Source: Anaeromyxobacteraceae bacterium (GTDB taxonomy: Bacteria; Myxococcota; Myxococcia; Myxococcales; Anaeromyxobacteraceae). Taken from it: a DNA stretch of 64,000 bases. Location: NCBI GenBank assembly GCA_047602405.1, contig JASGHJ010000001.1, forward strand, positions 416,001 to 480,000, given 5' to 3'. Positions 19,614 to 29,193 of this stretch are shown here, piece after piece; within the stretch, counting starts at the first letter, position 1; the number at the start of each line of letters is the position of its first letter. Made by a program: the position numbers and the translations under genes. The notes beneath the pieces are model-generated. The model saw only the letters and a program-made list of their open reading frames with translations, was not told the origin of the DNA and did not search any database.

Positions 19614-21509
19614 ATGCGAGGAGCCTCGAGGAGCTTCTTCGAGGCGCTCCTCACGTACGTCGGGGACCCCGTCCTCCTCACCCGGCCCGACGGCGGCATC
19701 CTGCGCGCGAACCCGGCGGCCTGCCGGGCGCTCGGCCGGACCGAGCCGGAGATCTGCGCGCTCGGCCGCGCCGGCGTCATCGAGGCCTCGCCGGAGCTCT
19801 CGCGGATGCTGGAGGAGCGGGCGCGCCTGGGCGCGACCCGCGGCGAGCTGCGCTTCCGCAAGGCCGACGGCTCGACCTTCCCCGCCGACGTCACCAGCAC
19901 CGCCGTGCCGGTGGCCTCGGGCGAGCCGGTCACGCTGGTCGTCTTCCGCGACGCGACGGAGCGCAAGCAGCTCCTCGAGGCGCTGCGCGAGAGCGAGACC
20001 CGCTTCCGGGCGGCGTTCGACGCCCTGCCCGACGCGGTGAGCGTCACCGACCTCGCGACGGGCAAGTTCCTGCTCGTCAACGAGGGGGCGCGCCTCGTGA
20101 CGGGGTGGACCCCCGACGAGCTCGTCGGGCACGGCGCCCTCGAGCGCGGCCTCTGGGCCGACGGGGACCGCGAGGAGGCGGTCGGCGACCTCCTGCGAGA
20201 CGGCGTGCTCAGGGACTTCGACACGCGCCTGCGCCGTAAGGACGGGTCGGTCATCGAGGTCCTCCTGTCCGCCCGGCCGCTGAAGGTCTATGGTCGCGAC
20301 CTCCTCCTGACCATCACCCGGGACGTCACCCGCGAGCGCCAGGCCCTGCGCGATCGCGACGCCGCCCAGGCGCAGCTGCGCGAGAGCCAGCGGCTCGAGT
20401 CGCTCGGCCGCCTCGCGGGCGGCGTGGCGCACGACTTCAACAACCTCCTCACGGTGATCCTGGGCTGCGGCGGCTCGCTCGAGGAGGACCTGCGCCGCGG
20501 CGCGACGCCGGACCCGGAGGACCTCGCCGAGCTCCACGCGGCCGCGGAGCGGGCGCGCGACCTCACCCGCCAGCTCCTCGCGTTCGCGCGCCGCGAGGTG
20601 CCCTCCCCGGTCCCGCTCGACGTGGGCGCGACGGTGCAGAAGATGGAGAAGCTGCTCCGCCGGGTCCTGGGCGAGGACGTCGAGCTGCTCGTGGGCACGC
20701 CCCCCGAGCCGCGCCTCGTGCGGTGCGATCCCACCCAGCTCGAGCAGGTGATCCTGAACCTCGCGGTCAACGCGCGGGACGCCCTGCCCCGCGGCGGCAA
20801 GCTGCTCGTGGAGGCGCGGAACGTGACGCTCGACGACCGGCTCCTCGCCCGGTTCCCGGGCGCCCAGCCCGGGCCGCACGTGCTGCTCGTCGTGCAGGAC
20901 AACGGCGTCGGCATGCGGGCCGAGGTGCGCGAGCACGCCTTCGAGCCGCTCTTCACGACGAAGGGCGAGGGGAAGGGCACCGGGCTCGGGCTCGCGACGG
21001 TGTACGGCATCGTCGGCCAGGCGGGCGGGCAGATCGCGCTCGAGAGCGCGCCCGGGCTCGGGACGAAGGTCGAGATCCTCCTGCCCGCGGTCGCGGGGGC
21101 GCCCGCCGCGCCGCAGCCCCGCCCGCCCGCCGGCCCGGGCGGCTGCGAGACCGTGATCGTGGTCGAGGACGATCCGCGCGTGCGCGAGGTCGCGTGCCGC
21201 ATCCTGCGCCAGGCCGGCTACCGGGTGCTCGACGCCGGCACCGGCGAGGACGCCCTCACGCTCGTCGCCGGGGAGAGCGTGGACCTCGTGCTCTCGGACG
21301 TGGTCATGCCGGCGCTGAACGGCCGGCAGCTCGCCGATCGCCTCCGCGAGCGCCCCGCGCCGCCGCGGATGCTGTTCATGTCCGGGCACCCGCAGGAGAC
21401 GGTCTACCGGCGCGGGCTCCTCGATCCGGGCACCCCGCTCCTCGCGAAGCCGTTCACGCCCGCCGCGCTGCTCGGCCGGGTGCGCGAGGTGCTGGACGCG
21501 CCGCGCTGA
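19614..21509 (+). CDS. PAS-PAS hybrid sensor histidine kinase/response regulator
   Basis: Two PAS domains, GGVAHDFNNLL H-box, NLAVNARDA, GTGLGL, C-terminal receiver. Confidence 0.95.
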   Translation: MRGASRSFFEALLTYVGDPVLLTRPDGGILRANPAACRALGRTEPEICALGRAGVIEASPELSRMLEERARLGATRGELRFRKADGSTFPADVTSTAVPVASGEPVTLVVFRDATERKQLLEALRESETRFRAAFDALPDAVSVTDLATGKFLLVNEGARLVTGWTPDELVGHGALERGLWADGDREEAVGDLLRDGVLRDFDTRLRRKDGSVIEVLLSARPLKVYGRDLLLTITRDVTRERQALRDRDAAQAQLRESQRLESLGRLAGGVAHDFNNLLTVILGCGGSLEEDLRRGATPDPEDLAELHAAAERARDLTRQLLAFARREVPSPVPLDVGATVQKMEKLLRRVLGEDVELLVGTPPEPRLVRCDPTQLEQVILNLAVNARDALPRGGKLLVEARNVTLDDRLLARFPGAQPGPHVLLVVQDNGVGMRAEVREHAFEPLFTTKGEGKGTGLGLATVYGIVGQAGGQIALESAPGLGTKVEILLPAVAGAPAAPQPRPPAGPGGCETVIVVEDDPRVREVACRILRQAGYRVLDAGTGEDALTLVAGESVDLVLSDVVMPALNGRQLADRLRERPAPPRMLFMSGHPQETVYRRGLLDPGTPLLAKPFTPAALLGRVREVLDAPR

Positions 21510-21512
21510 GCC

Positions 21513-22145
21513 TCACTCGACGAGGCGGTGCTGCAGCGCGTACCGGGTGAGCTCGACGTTCGTGGAGACGCCCAGCTTCGCGGAGATCCGCTGCCGGTAG
21601 GTGGAGATCGTCTTCTCCGAGAGCGAGAGCTCCGCCGCGATCTCCTTCAGCGTCCGGCCGCGGGCGACCATCCGCAGCACCTCGAGCTCCCGCTGCGAGA
21701 GCGCCTCGTGGCCGGGCCGCGGCGCGTCCCCGCCGAGGAGCGCCGCGAGCCGCTCCGCCAGCGCCGGCGTCACGTAGCGCCGGCCCTCGAGGGCGGTGCG
21801 GCAGGCGGAGAGGAGCTCGCCGCCGGGGGCGGCCTTCGTCACGTAGCCCGCGGCGCCGAGCTTCAGGCAGCGCACGGCGAACTCCTCCTCCGGGTGCGCG
21901 GAGAGCACGAGCACCGGCAGCTTCGGCCAGCGCCGCCGCGCCTCCTCGAGGAGGTCGAGCCCGCCCCGGCCCGGCAGCGACAGGTCGAGGAGCACGAGGT
22001 CCCAGGCGCGCGCCTCGAGCGCCGCCTGCCCCTCGGCCGTCGTGGACGCCTCGCCGAACTCGGCACCCGGGAAGCCCTCGTTCAGGAGCAGGCGGGTGCC
22101 GGCCCGGACCACCGCGTGGTCGTCGACGAGCAGGATCGCCGTCAA
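21513..22145 (-). CDS. NarL/FixJ family response regulator (LuxR HTH)
   Basis: TTG start overlapping the kinase stop; ILLVDDHAVVR...LSQRELEVLRMVARG...LSLSEKTISTYR. Confidence 0.95.
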   Translation of the reverse strand: MTAILLVDDHAVVRAGTRLLLNEGFPGAEFGEASTTAEGQAALEARAWDLVLLDLSLPGRGGLDLLEEARRRWPKLPVLVLSAHPEEEFAVRCLKLGAAGYVTKAAPGGELLSACRTALEGRRYVTPALAERLAALLGGDAPRPGHEALSQRELEVLRMVARGRTLKEIAAELSLSEKTISTYRQRISAKLGVSTNVELTRYALQHRLVE

Positions 22146-23104
22146 GGCACGACCTCCTGGAGGCTGCCGAGGGGGATGCGCGCGCGCACCCGGGTGCCGC
22201 CCCGATCCTGGCGCTCGAAGGTGACCTCCCCGCCCTCCATGGTGGCGCGCTCGCGCATCGAGGCGAGGCCGAGGGCCACCGGGTCGGCGGCGAGCGCGGG
22301 GTCGAGGCCCACGCCGTCGTCCGAGACCTCGAGCTCGGCGATGGCCTCGCGCACGCCGAGGCGGATGGCGACGTGCCGGGCCCGGGCGTGGCGCGCCACG
22401 TTGGTGAGGGCCTCCTGCGCGATGCGGTAGAGCGCGGTGGCCTTGCCGGTGGGCAGCGCCGGGAGCGGCTCGTCGAGCCGGACCTCGCAGCCGATCGAGG
22501 CCCGCCGCGCGAACCGCCGGCCCTCCTCGCGGAGCGCCTCGCCGAGCCCGAGCCGGTCGAGCGACGCGGGCCGGAGATCCCCGGCGATCCGCTGCACCTC
22601 CGCGACGGTCTGGCGGGCGAGCTCGGAGGCGGCGACCGCGCGATCCACGAGCGCGCTCGCCCCCTGGCCGGCCGGCATGGCCTCGAGGCGGCCCTCCAGC
22701 CAGTCGAGGTCCATGGAGAGGCCGGTGAGCAGCTGCCCGAGCTCGTCGTGCAGGTCGCGGGCGATGCGCGCCTTCTCCTCCTCGCGCACCTGCTGCAGGC
22801 GCGCGGCGAGCGCGCGGAGCTGGACGTTCGTGCGCTGGAGCCGGTCGTTCGCCTCGCGGACCTCCTGCTCGGCGGCCCTCACGAGCCGGAGCTGGCGGCG
22901 CAGCGCCCCCCACAGGAGGAGCCCGGTGACGGCGACGAAGAGGAAGCCCTTCGCGATCGAGAGCCGCTCGACGGTCTTCGGGTCGGTGCCGAAGAGCCAG
23001 AGCAGCCGGTCCGACCAGACGATCCACGCGCCCGCCGCGAGGGCGTAGCCCAGCGCGAACACGCCCGCCGGCAGCGGTCGCTCGAAGGGGCTCGGCCGGG
23101 CCAT
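22142..23104 (-). CDS. NarX-type (HisKA_3) membrane sensor histidine kinase
   Basis: Two N-terminal TM helices; EKARIARDLHDELGQ; QEALTNVARH; DDGVG. Its ATG (23104-23102) is also the 3' end of the intron. Confidence 0.92.
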   Translation of the reverse strand: MARPSPFERPLPAGVFALGYALAAGAWIVWSDRLLWLFGTDPKTVERLSIAKGFLFVAVTGLLLWGALRRQLRLVRAAEQEVREANDRLQRTNVQLRALAARLQQVREEEKARIARDLHDELGQLLTGLSMDLDWLEGRLEAMPAGQGASALVDRAVAASELARQTVAEVQRIAGDLRPASLDRLGLGEALREEGRRFARRASIGCEVRLDEPLPALPTGKATALYRIAQEALTNVARHARARHVAIRLGVREAIAELEVSDDGVGLDPALAADPVALGLASMRERATMEGGEVTFERQDRGGTRVRARIPLGSLQEVVP

Positions 23105-25032
23105 TGGTCGATCCTGGCGCAGTACCGGCCGTTAGGCCAGCCTGGTTCCAGGGCCTCCTTTCAAACCGTGCGTGCGGGTTTCCCGCACACGGCTTAACGA
23201 TGGTCTTCGCGCGGCAGCTTGCGCGGGGTTGCGGACGCGGCCCATGCAGCGGTGCAGGCCAAGCTCGAAGAGACGTTCGAAGGGCCAAGCCTCGTACTGA
23301 TAGCGAGTCCGCTGACCACCGCGCCGATGGAGCCAGCGCGTGATCCGTTCGTGCACGTACCAGTCGACGCGGTTGAACTCCCGATCCGCTGTTCCGGTCC
23401 GGAAGTAGTTGGCCCAGCCCCGGATGACGGGGTTCACGGACGCGATGACCTCCTTCACGTCCTTCGCCCCGCTCCTGCGCACGTCCGTCAGCTCGTGGAC
23501 GCGCTCGCGGACGCGGGTCATCGCCTTCGGTGAGGGCCAGCGGTGCATGTAGTGCCGGTCGGGGCGCCGCTGGATGCTGCGCCGCTTCCGGTTCACGCAC
23601 CCGAGGAAGGTGAAGCCTTCCTTTCCTCGCCTCAGATCGACGATCCGCGTCTTCTCCGGGTGCAGCGTCAGGCCGAGGCGCGCCATGATGAGCTCGACGC
23701 GCCGCCTCGCCTCGTTCACCTTCGACTCCGTCCCACACATCACGACGAAGTCGTCGGCGTACCGCACCAGGACGCCGAGGTGCTTGCACCTCTGCGCCCA
23801 GATCCGGTCGAGCTCGTGCAGGTAGACGTTGGCGAGCAGCGGCGAGATCACTCCACCCTGTGGCGTTCCCGCCACGGGGTTTCTCACCGTGCCCTCCTCC
23901 ATCACCCCGGCCTCCAGCCACTTCCGCAGGAGCTTCAGCACCCTGCGGTCCGAGATCCGCTCCGCCACCATCGCCATCAGCTTCTGCTGGTCGATGCTGT
24001 CGAAGTACGCCTTGATGTCGGCGTCGAGCACGAAGTTGTGACCCTGGTTGCCAGCCTCGCGGATGGCCTCCAGCGCCTGCGTCGCGCTCCGCTTCGGCCG
24101 GAACCCGTAGCTCGACGACAGGAAGTCGGCCTCGAAGATCGGCTCGAGCACCAACTTCGCAGCCATCTGCGCCACGCGATCCCGCACCGTCGGGATCCCG
24201 AGCGGCCGCTGCTTTCCGTCTGCCTTCGGGATGTACCGCCGCCTCACCGGGAGGGGGCGGTATTCGCCTGCCAGGAGATCGGCCTGGATCCCTTCGAGGA
24301 ACGCCTCGACTCCGCTCTCCTCGATGGCCCGGATGGACTCGCCGTCCACCCCTGCCGCGCCTCCGTTGCTGCGCACCCGCTTCCACGCTTCCCGCAGGAC
24401 GTCACCCCTGCAGATCCGGTCGTACAATGCGTGAAAGCGCCGCGTGCTGCTCCGCTTGGCGGCCACGTAAAGCCGGCGCTGGAGTTCTCGCACTTTGTCG
24501 ATGGGGGTGTTGGGCCTCACGGCCATGCCCTCGCGCTTACCCCCAGTGCCGACGCGACCAAAGCAGGGCCCCTTCCCTCCGCGCGGTTATCCCGCGCCTC
24601 ACCGGTACTACGGGCCCCTCGGACTCCCTTCCGGCTCCTCGCGCTTTCGACTCCCGTCTTATGCGCTCGGTCTCTGCCCGACGCGGGCTGCCGGCGAGGG
24701 TCTCTCGTGTTCCACACCGATCCTTCGCGACGTGCCGCCGCCCCTACCCCGGGGAGCCCCAGCGTCCGTTCCGGACCAAGGACGCTGTGCATCGCCTTCG
24801 CCGTGGCATGACCGGCTCGGCGCTCCCGAACACCTTTCGGCTGAGGATCTGTCGAGGCTGAAGCGTTCACCTTGTTGCGGCCCGCCGCTTCGCTTCCTCC
24901 GTACGTGAGGCTTTCGACGCACCGCTCGGCATGCCCGGTCTCCCGGACAAGCTGGTGCCTGCTTCCGGGCTCTCCGGCGATTACCCGGACCGGACTCTCA
25001 CCGGCTGGATCGGTGCAGCTTCCACGACGCAC
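23102..25032 (-). mobile_element. group II intron (retroelement), inserted right after the host start codon
   Basis: 5' GTGCG at 25032; domain V AAGCCGTGTGCGGGAAACCCGCACGCACGGTTTG at 23195-23162; domain VI with bulged A; EBS1 CATGCC (24810-24805) complementary to the 5' exon end GGCATG; RT ORF inside. Confidence 0.93.
23132..24526 (-). CDS. ltrA: group II intron reverse transcriptase/maturase, no endonuclease domain
   Basis: RT0 'GAAGVDG', '[11 protein letters not shown]', '[14 protein letters not shown]', YADD, 'FTFLG', domain X '[11 protein letters not shown]'; ORF reads through domain V and stops in domain VI. Confidence 0.97.
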   Translation of the reverse strand: MAVRPNTPIDKVRELQRRLYVAAKRSSTRRFHALYDRICRGDVLREAWKRVRSNGGAAGVDGESIRAIEESGVEAFLEGIQADLLAGEYRPLPVRRRYIPKADGKQRPLGIPTVRDRVAQMAAKLVLEPIFEADFLSSSYGFRPKRSATQALEAIREAGNQGHNFVLDADIKAYFDSIDQQKLMAMVAERISDRRVLKLLRKWLEAGVMEEGTVRNPVAGTPQGGVISPLLANVYLHELDRIWAQRCKHLGVLVRYADDFVVMCGTESKVNEARRRVELIMARLGLTLHPEKTRIVDLRRGKEGFTFLGCVNRKRRSIQRRPDRHYMHRWPSPKAMTRVRERVHELTDVRRSGAKDVKEVIASVNPVIRGWANYFRTGTADREFNRVDWYVHERITRWLHRRGGQRTRYQYEAWPFERLFELGLHRCMGRVRNPAQAAARRPSLSRVRETRTHGLKGGPGTRLA

Positions 25033-25062
25033 CATGCCCGGAGCCTACTACACCTCGGGGCG

Positions 25063-26220
25063 CTAACCGGCCGGGACGACCGCGAGATCTCCGCCGAGCG
25101 CCCGCTCGAGGTCGGTCACGATCTCCTGCACCGACTTCAGCTCCTCGAAGGTCTTCTCCGGGATCCGGGTGACGCTCGAGCCGCTGTAGAAGAGCCCCTT
25201 CTCGGTGTCGCCGAGGATCGCGCCGCGCAGGAGCGCGTCGGTGATGCAGAAGCTCTCCTGGAAGTCGGACTGGCGGCACAGGCAGACCTCGGCCGAGAGG
25301 CACTCGATGCACGCCTTCGTGCGGCCGCGGTAGCCCTCCTTGCCGAAGAACCACGCCTTGGAGCGCGGCGGGAACCGCTCGCCGCGGGCCAGCGCCTCGG
25401 TGAACGGGTTCCTCACGGCGCGGGCGGCCATCCCCTTCACGCAGCTCTTGATGACCACCACGTCGTCGGCGGTCTTGCCGAGGTGCATCTCCTTGAAGCC
25501 GCGGTGGGTGTCACCGTCGGTGGAGGCGATGAACCGGGTCGCGAGCTGCACGCCCGCGGCGCCCCGCGCGAGCAGCGCGCGCACGTCGGCGCCGTCGATG
25601 CCGCCGGCCGCCACGACCGGGAGCCTCGACGCGCCCACGACCTCCTCCACGAGCGGCCCGATCGCGTGGCCGATGTCGCCGATGTGCCCGCCCGCCTCGG
25701 CGCCCTCGGCGACCAGGAACTCGGCGCCCCACTTCTCGTACATGGCCGCGAGCCGCCCGGAGGAGACGATGCCGGCGAACGGCACCCCGGAGTCCTTGCA
25801 CCAGCGCACGATCTCGCGGGAGATGCCGGCGCCCTGCACGATGAAGGAGACGCCCTCCTCGAGGGAGACCTTCGCGAGGTCGGTGAAGTCCTCCTTGAGG
25901 ATGGCGGCCATGAGGTTCACGCCCACGAACCCGCCGGGCGCCTCCGCGAACGCGCGGCGCAGCTCTCTCCGGAGCATGTCGGGCGTCTTCCCGACCGCGG
26001 ACACGGTGCCGACCGTCACGAACCTCGAGGAGCGCGCCGCGGCGACCTTGCCCGCGAGCCCGTCGGAGGCGTGCAGGCCCATGCCGCCCTGCACGAGGAG
26101 GTGGCGGCCGGAGGCGAGGATCTCGCGGATCGTCGCGGCGGTGAGCCTGGGCGCGCCGGCGACGGGCGCGGCGGAGAGGGCGGCGGACGTGGCGGGAGGA
26201 GTCATGTCGAGCACGATCAC
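25063..26220 (-). CDS. nitronate monooxygenase / FabK-like FMN TIM-barrel oxidoreductase
   Basis: LVQGGMG, EGAEAGGHIG, PVVAAGGI, GVQLATRF; Cys-rich segment CIECL...CLC...FCI. Confidence 0.88.
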   Translation of the reverse strand: MIVLDMTPPATSAALSAAPVAGAPRLTAATIREILASGRHLLVQGGMGLHASDGLAGKVAAARSSRFVTVGTVSAVGKTPDMLRRELRRAFAEAPGGFVGVNLMAAILKEDFTDLAKVSLEEGVSFIVQGAGISREIVRWCKDSGVPFAGIVSSGRLAAMYEKWGAEFLVAEGAEAGGHIGDIGHAIGPLVEEVVGASRLPVVAAGGIDGADVRALLARGAAGVQLATRFIASTDGDTHRGFKEMHLGKTADDVVVIKSCVKGMAARAVRNPFTEALARGERFPPRSKAWFFGKEGYRGRTKACIECLSAEVCLCRQSDFQESFCITDALLRGAILGDTEKGLFYSGSSVTRIPEKTFEELKSVQEIVTDLERALGGDLAVVPAG

Positions 26221-26508
26221 GGCGCGCGGTCATGGGCTCGTCACGGGCCGTGAGGAATCCGACGACGCGGTGGGCCATGCGCCGACTCGCGAGTCGATCG
26301 ACACGCGAGTCGATCACGGCGCGCGCTCGACGGACCGCCGGATCGACGCGGCAGCACCCAGCGTCAGGGTGGCTTGCGGTGGGTCAAGCGACCGCGGGCG
26401 TCACGGGGACGCGGGGCGCCGGCGCGCTTCCCAACGTGCGCTCGCCCCTGCAAGATGCCTCCAGGGGCGGAGTCCCGTTCACGAACCGTCGACCGCCCCC
26501 CCCGGACC

Positions 26509-28884
26509 ATGGACCGCGCCGCCCCCGAGCACGCCCCCCTCGACGACGCCGCGGAGGACCCGCAGGCGCTGGCGCTGCGCGAGCTCACCCACGCGCCGGA
26601 TCACGCGGGCACGCTGCTCCGGGCCGTCTCGGAGGCCCTGCCGGATCCGGTCTTCGTGAAGGACCGCGCCGGCCGGTGGGTGTTCGCGAACGACGCCACC
26701 CTGCGGGTCGTGCGCCGGACGGCGGCGCAGGTGATGGGCAAGGTCGAGACCGAGATCTACGACGACGCGGCGAGCGCCATGACGATCATGGCGAACGACG
26801 CGCGGATCATGGCCTCCGGGGTGTCCGAGTCGGTCGAGGAACGGATCGAGACCGGCGGGCGGGTGCGCTGGTTCCTCTCGACGAAGTCGCCGTTCCGGGA
26901 CGCCCGCGGCGAGGTGGTCGGGCTGGTGGGCGTCTCGCGGGACATCAGCGCGCGCAAGCGCTCGGAGGAGGCCCGGCTCGCCGCCGAGCGGCGGCTGCGG
27001 ACGGTGCTGGAGAGCCTCTCCGAGGGCGTGCTGGTCGCGGACGCGACCGGCCGGATCCTCTCCTGGAACCGCGCCGCGCTCGACATCCTCGGCTTCGAGG
27101 AGGAGCGCCAGTGGCTCGTCGGGCTGAAGGAGCTCGCGAGGACCTTCGAGCTCGTCTCGGCAAGCGGCGAGGTGCGCGCGGTCGAGGAGTGGCCGCTCGC
27201 CCGCGTGCTCCGCGGCGAGGCGGTCCGCAACGAGGTGTGCGAGATCCGCCGCCGCGACCTGGACTGGCGCCGCACCCTGCGCTTCTCGGGCGCCCTCACC
27301 CGCGGCGCCGGCCAGCAGGACCTCGCGGTCCTCTCCATCACCGACATCACCGAGCGGGAGCGCGCGGTCGAGGCGCTCCGCCTGAGCGAGGCGCGGTTCC
27401 GCGCGCTGATCGAGAAGTCCTCCGACCTCATCGTGCTCTACGACGCGGACCTCCGGATCACCTACTGGGGACCGGCCGTGGAGGCCGCGGTCGGCTGGAC
27501 CGCCGGCGAGCGGCTCGGGCGGCGCGGCCTGTCGACGGTGCACCCCGACGACGCCGAGGAGGCCGCCCGCGTCCTCGAGGCGATCGTCGCGCCGGGCGCG
27601 ACGGTGCAGACGTCCCTGCGGATCCCGACGAAGGCGGGCGGCCACCGCACCCTGGAGATCATCTTCCGCAACCTCCTCCACGACCCCGACGTCCGCGCCA
27701 TCGTCTCCAACGGCCGCGACGTGACCGCGCAGCGCTCGCTCGAGCAGCAGATGCGGCAGGCGCAGAAGCTCGAGAGCATCGGGCGGCTCGCCGGCGGCGT
27801 CGCGCACGACTTCAACAACGTGCTGACCGTGATCCTCTCCTCCGCCAGCGTCATGCGGGAGGATCTCGCCGAGCGCGGCACGGTGAGCTCGGACGACGTG
27901 AAGGAGATCGAGGACGCGGGCAACCGCGCCCGGGAGCTCACCCGTCACCTCCTCGCGTTCGCGCGCAAGTCGGTGCTCACCCCGGTGGTGCTCGACCTCG
28001 GGAAGCTCGTGCTCTCCGGCGAGAAGATGCTCCGCCGGCTCATCGGCGAGGACGTGAAGCTCGTCGTCGAGGTCGAGCCGGGGCTGTGGAACGTCCACGC
28101 CGATCCCGGCGCGATCGACCAGGCGCTCATGAACCTCGTGGTGAACGCCCGCGACGCGATGCCCGACGGCGGCCGGCTCGTGGTGTCCCTCCGGAACACG
28201 CGCTCCCCGGAGGGCCCGCCGGCGGCGCACGCGGGCGACTGGGTCGGCCTCTCGGTGCGGGACAGCGGCGTGGGCATGCCGCCCGACGTGGTGGCCCACC
28301 TCTTCGAGCCGCTCTTCACGACGAAGGAGGCCGGCAAGGGCACCGGCCTCGGCCTCGCGACGGTGCACGGGATCGCCACGCAGGCGGGCGGCCACGTGCA
28401 CGTCGAGAGCACGCCGGGCCAGGGCTCGACGTTCTCGATCTGCCTGCCCCGCTGCCGCGAGGACGTCGCGGCGGCCGCGCCCGCCGCCCCGCGCCCGAGC
28501 GGCCAGGGCACCGAGACGGTGCTCGTCGTGGAGGACGACGAGCTCGTCCGGACCGTCGCGGTGCGCACCCTCGCGCGCGCCGGCTACCGCGTGCTCGAGG
28601 CGGCCGGCGGCGCCGACGCGATGGCCGTCGCCGGACGGCACCCCGGGCCGATCGACCTCGTGGTCACCGACGTCGTGCTGCAGGGCGCGTCGGGGCCGGA
28701 GGTGGCCGCCGCGCTCGCGGCGCTGCGCCCGGGGCTGCGGGTGGTGTACGTGTCCGGCCACGAGCTCGAGCTGCTCTCGCGCCGCGGCGTGCTGGCCACG
28801 GACGTGCCGTTCCTCGCGAAGCCGTTCAGCGCCGAGGCGCTCGCCGCCCGGGTGCGGGCGGCGCTGGACGCCCCGCGGGGCTGA
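26509..28884 (+). CDS. multi-PAS hybrid sensor histidine kinase/response regulator
   Basis: Three PAS domains, GGVAHDFNNVL, NLVVNARDAM, GTGLGL, C-terminal receiver. Confidence 0.95.
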   Translation: MDRAAPEHAPLDDAAEDPQALALRELTHAPDHAGTLLRAVSEALPDPVFVKDRAGRWVFANDATLRVVRRTAAQVMGKVETEIYDDAASAMTIMANDARIMASGVSESVEERIETGGRVRWFLSTKSPFRDARGEVVGLVGVSRDISARKRSEEARLAAERRLRTVLESLSEGVLVADATGRILSWNRAALDILGFEEERQWLVGLKELARTFELVSASGEVRAVEEWPLARVLRGEAVRNEVCEIRRRDLDWRRTLRFSGALTRGAGQQDLAVLSITDITERERAVEALRLSEARFRALIEKSSDLIVLYDADLRITYWGPAVEAAVGWTAGERLGRRGLSTVHPDDAEEAARVLEAIVAPGATVQTSLRIPTKAGGHRTLEIIFRNLLHDPDVRAIVSNGRDVTAQRSLEQQMRQAQKLESIGRLAGGVAHDFNNVLTVILSSASVMREDLAERGTVSSDDVKEIEDAGNRARELTRHLLAFARKSVLTPVVLDLGKLVLSGEKMLRRLIGEDVKLVVEVEPGLWNVHADPGAIDQALMNLVVNARDAMPDGGRLVVSLRNTRSPEGPPAAHAGDWVGLSVRDSGVGMPPDVVAHLFEPLFTTKEAGKGTGLGLATVHGIATQAGGHVHVESTPGQGSTFSICLPRCREDVAAAAPAAPRPSGQGTETVLVVEDDELVRTVAVRTLARAGYRVLEAAGGADAMAVAGRHPGPIDLVVTDVVLQGASGPEVAAALAALRPGLRVVYVSGHELELLSRRGVLATDVPFLAKPFSAEALAARVRAALDAPRG

Positions 28885-28972
28885 GCCGCACCGCGGCTCG
28901 CCCCGACACCTCCACCCCGGCCCGCCGCCTTCCACGGTCGCGCAGCGCCACCGCGCGCGCGCAGCGGCGCAC

Positions 28973-29016
28973 ATGGGAAATCCACCATGGGGAAATCCCC
29001 TGCCCGGGGATCTTCC
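28973..29016. promoter_or_regulatory. candidate upstream activator sites for a sigma54 enhancer-binding protein
   Basis: ATGGGAAATCCACC / ATGGGGAAATCCCC / CGGGGATCTTCC repeats, including palindrome GGGGA-AA-TCCCC, about 100 bp upstream of a -24/-12 element. Confidence 0.55.
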
Positions 29017-29097
29017 GGCGGCGGGCGCGCGCGCCCGACCGCCGCACCCCGCCGCGCGCGCCCCTGATTCCGCGGCCCTGGGCCGCCGCCGCCGCGC

Positions 29098-29112
29098 TGG
29101 CATCGCGGATGC
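29098..29112 (+). promoter_or_regulatory. sigma54 (-24/-12) promoter
   Basis: TGGCATCGCGGATGC with exact GG-N10-GC spacing, about 80 bp upstream of the porin start. Confidence 0.75.
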
Positions 29113-29193
29113 TCCCCGCCCGCCTGCCCACGCTGCGTGGGCACCACGACCGCCGGCTCCTGGCCCGAGACCCGAACCTCCGAGGGCGAATCG

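Noticed and set aside
21513..24386. 957-aa ORF suggesting an RT-regulator fusion
   Set aside because: Only 21513-22145 encodes a recognisable response regulator; the upstream part is an off-frame read of the intron and kinase genes
23132..24526. RT as a retron, DGR, CRISPR-RT or defence RT
   Set aside because: It has RT0 and domain X and lies within a full group II ribozyme (GUGCG, EBS1, domains V and VI); no template/variable repeat or msr-msd was seen
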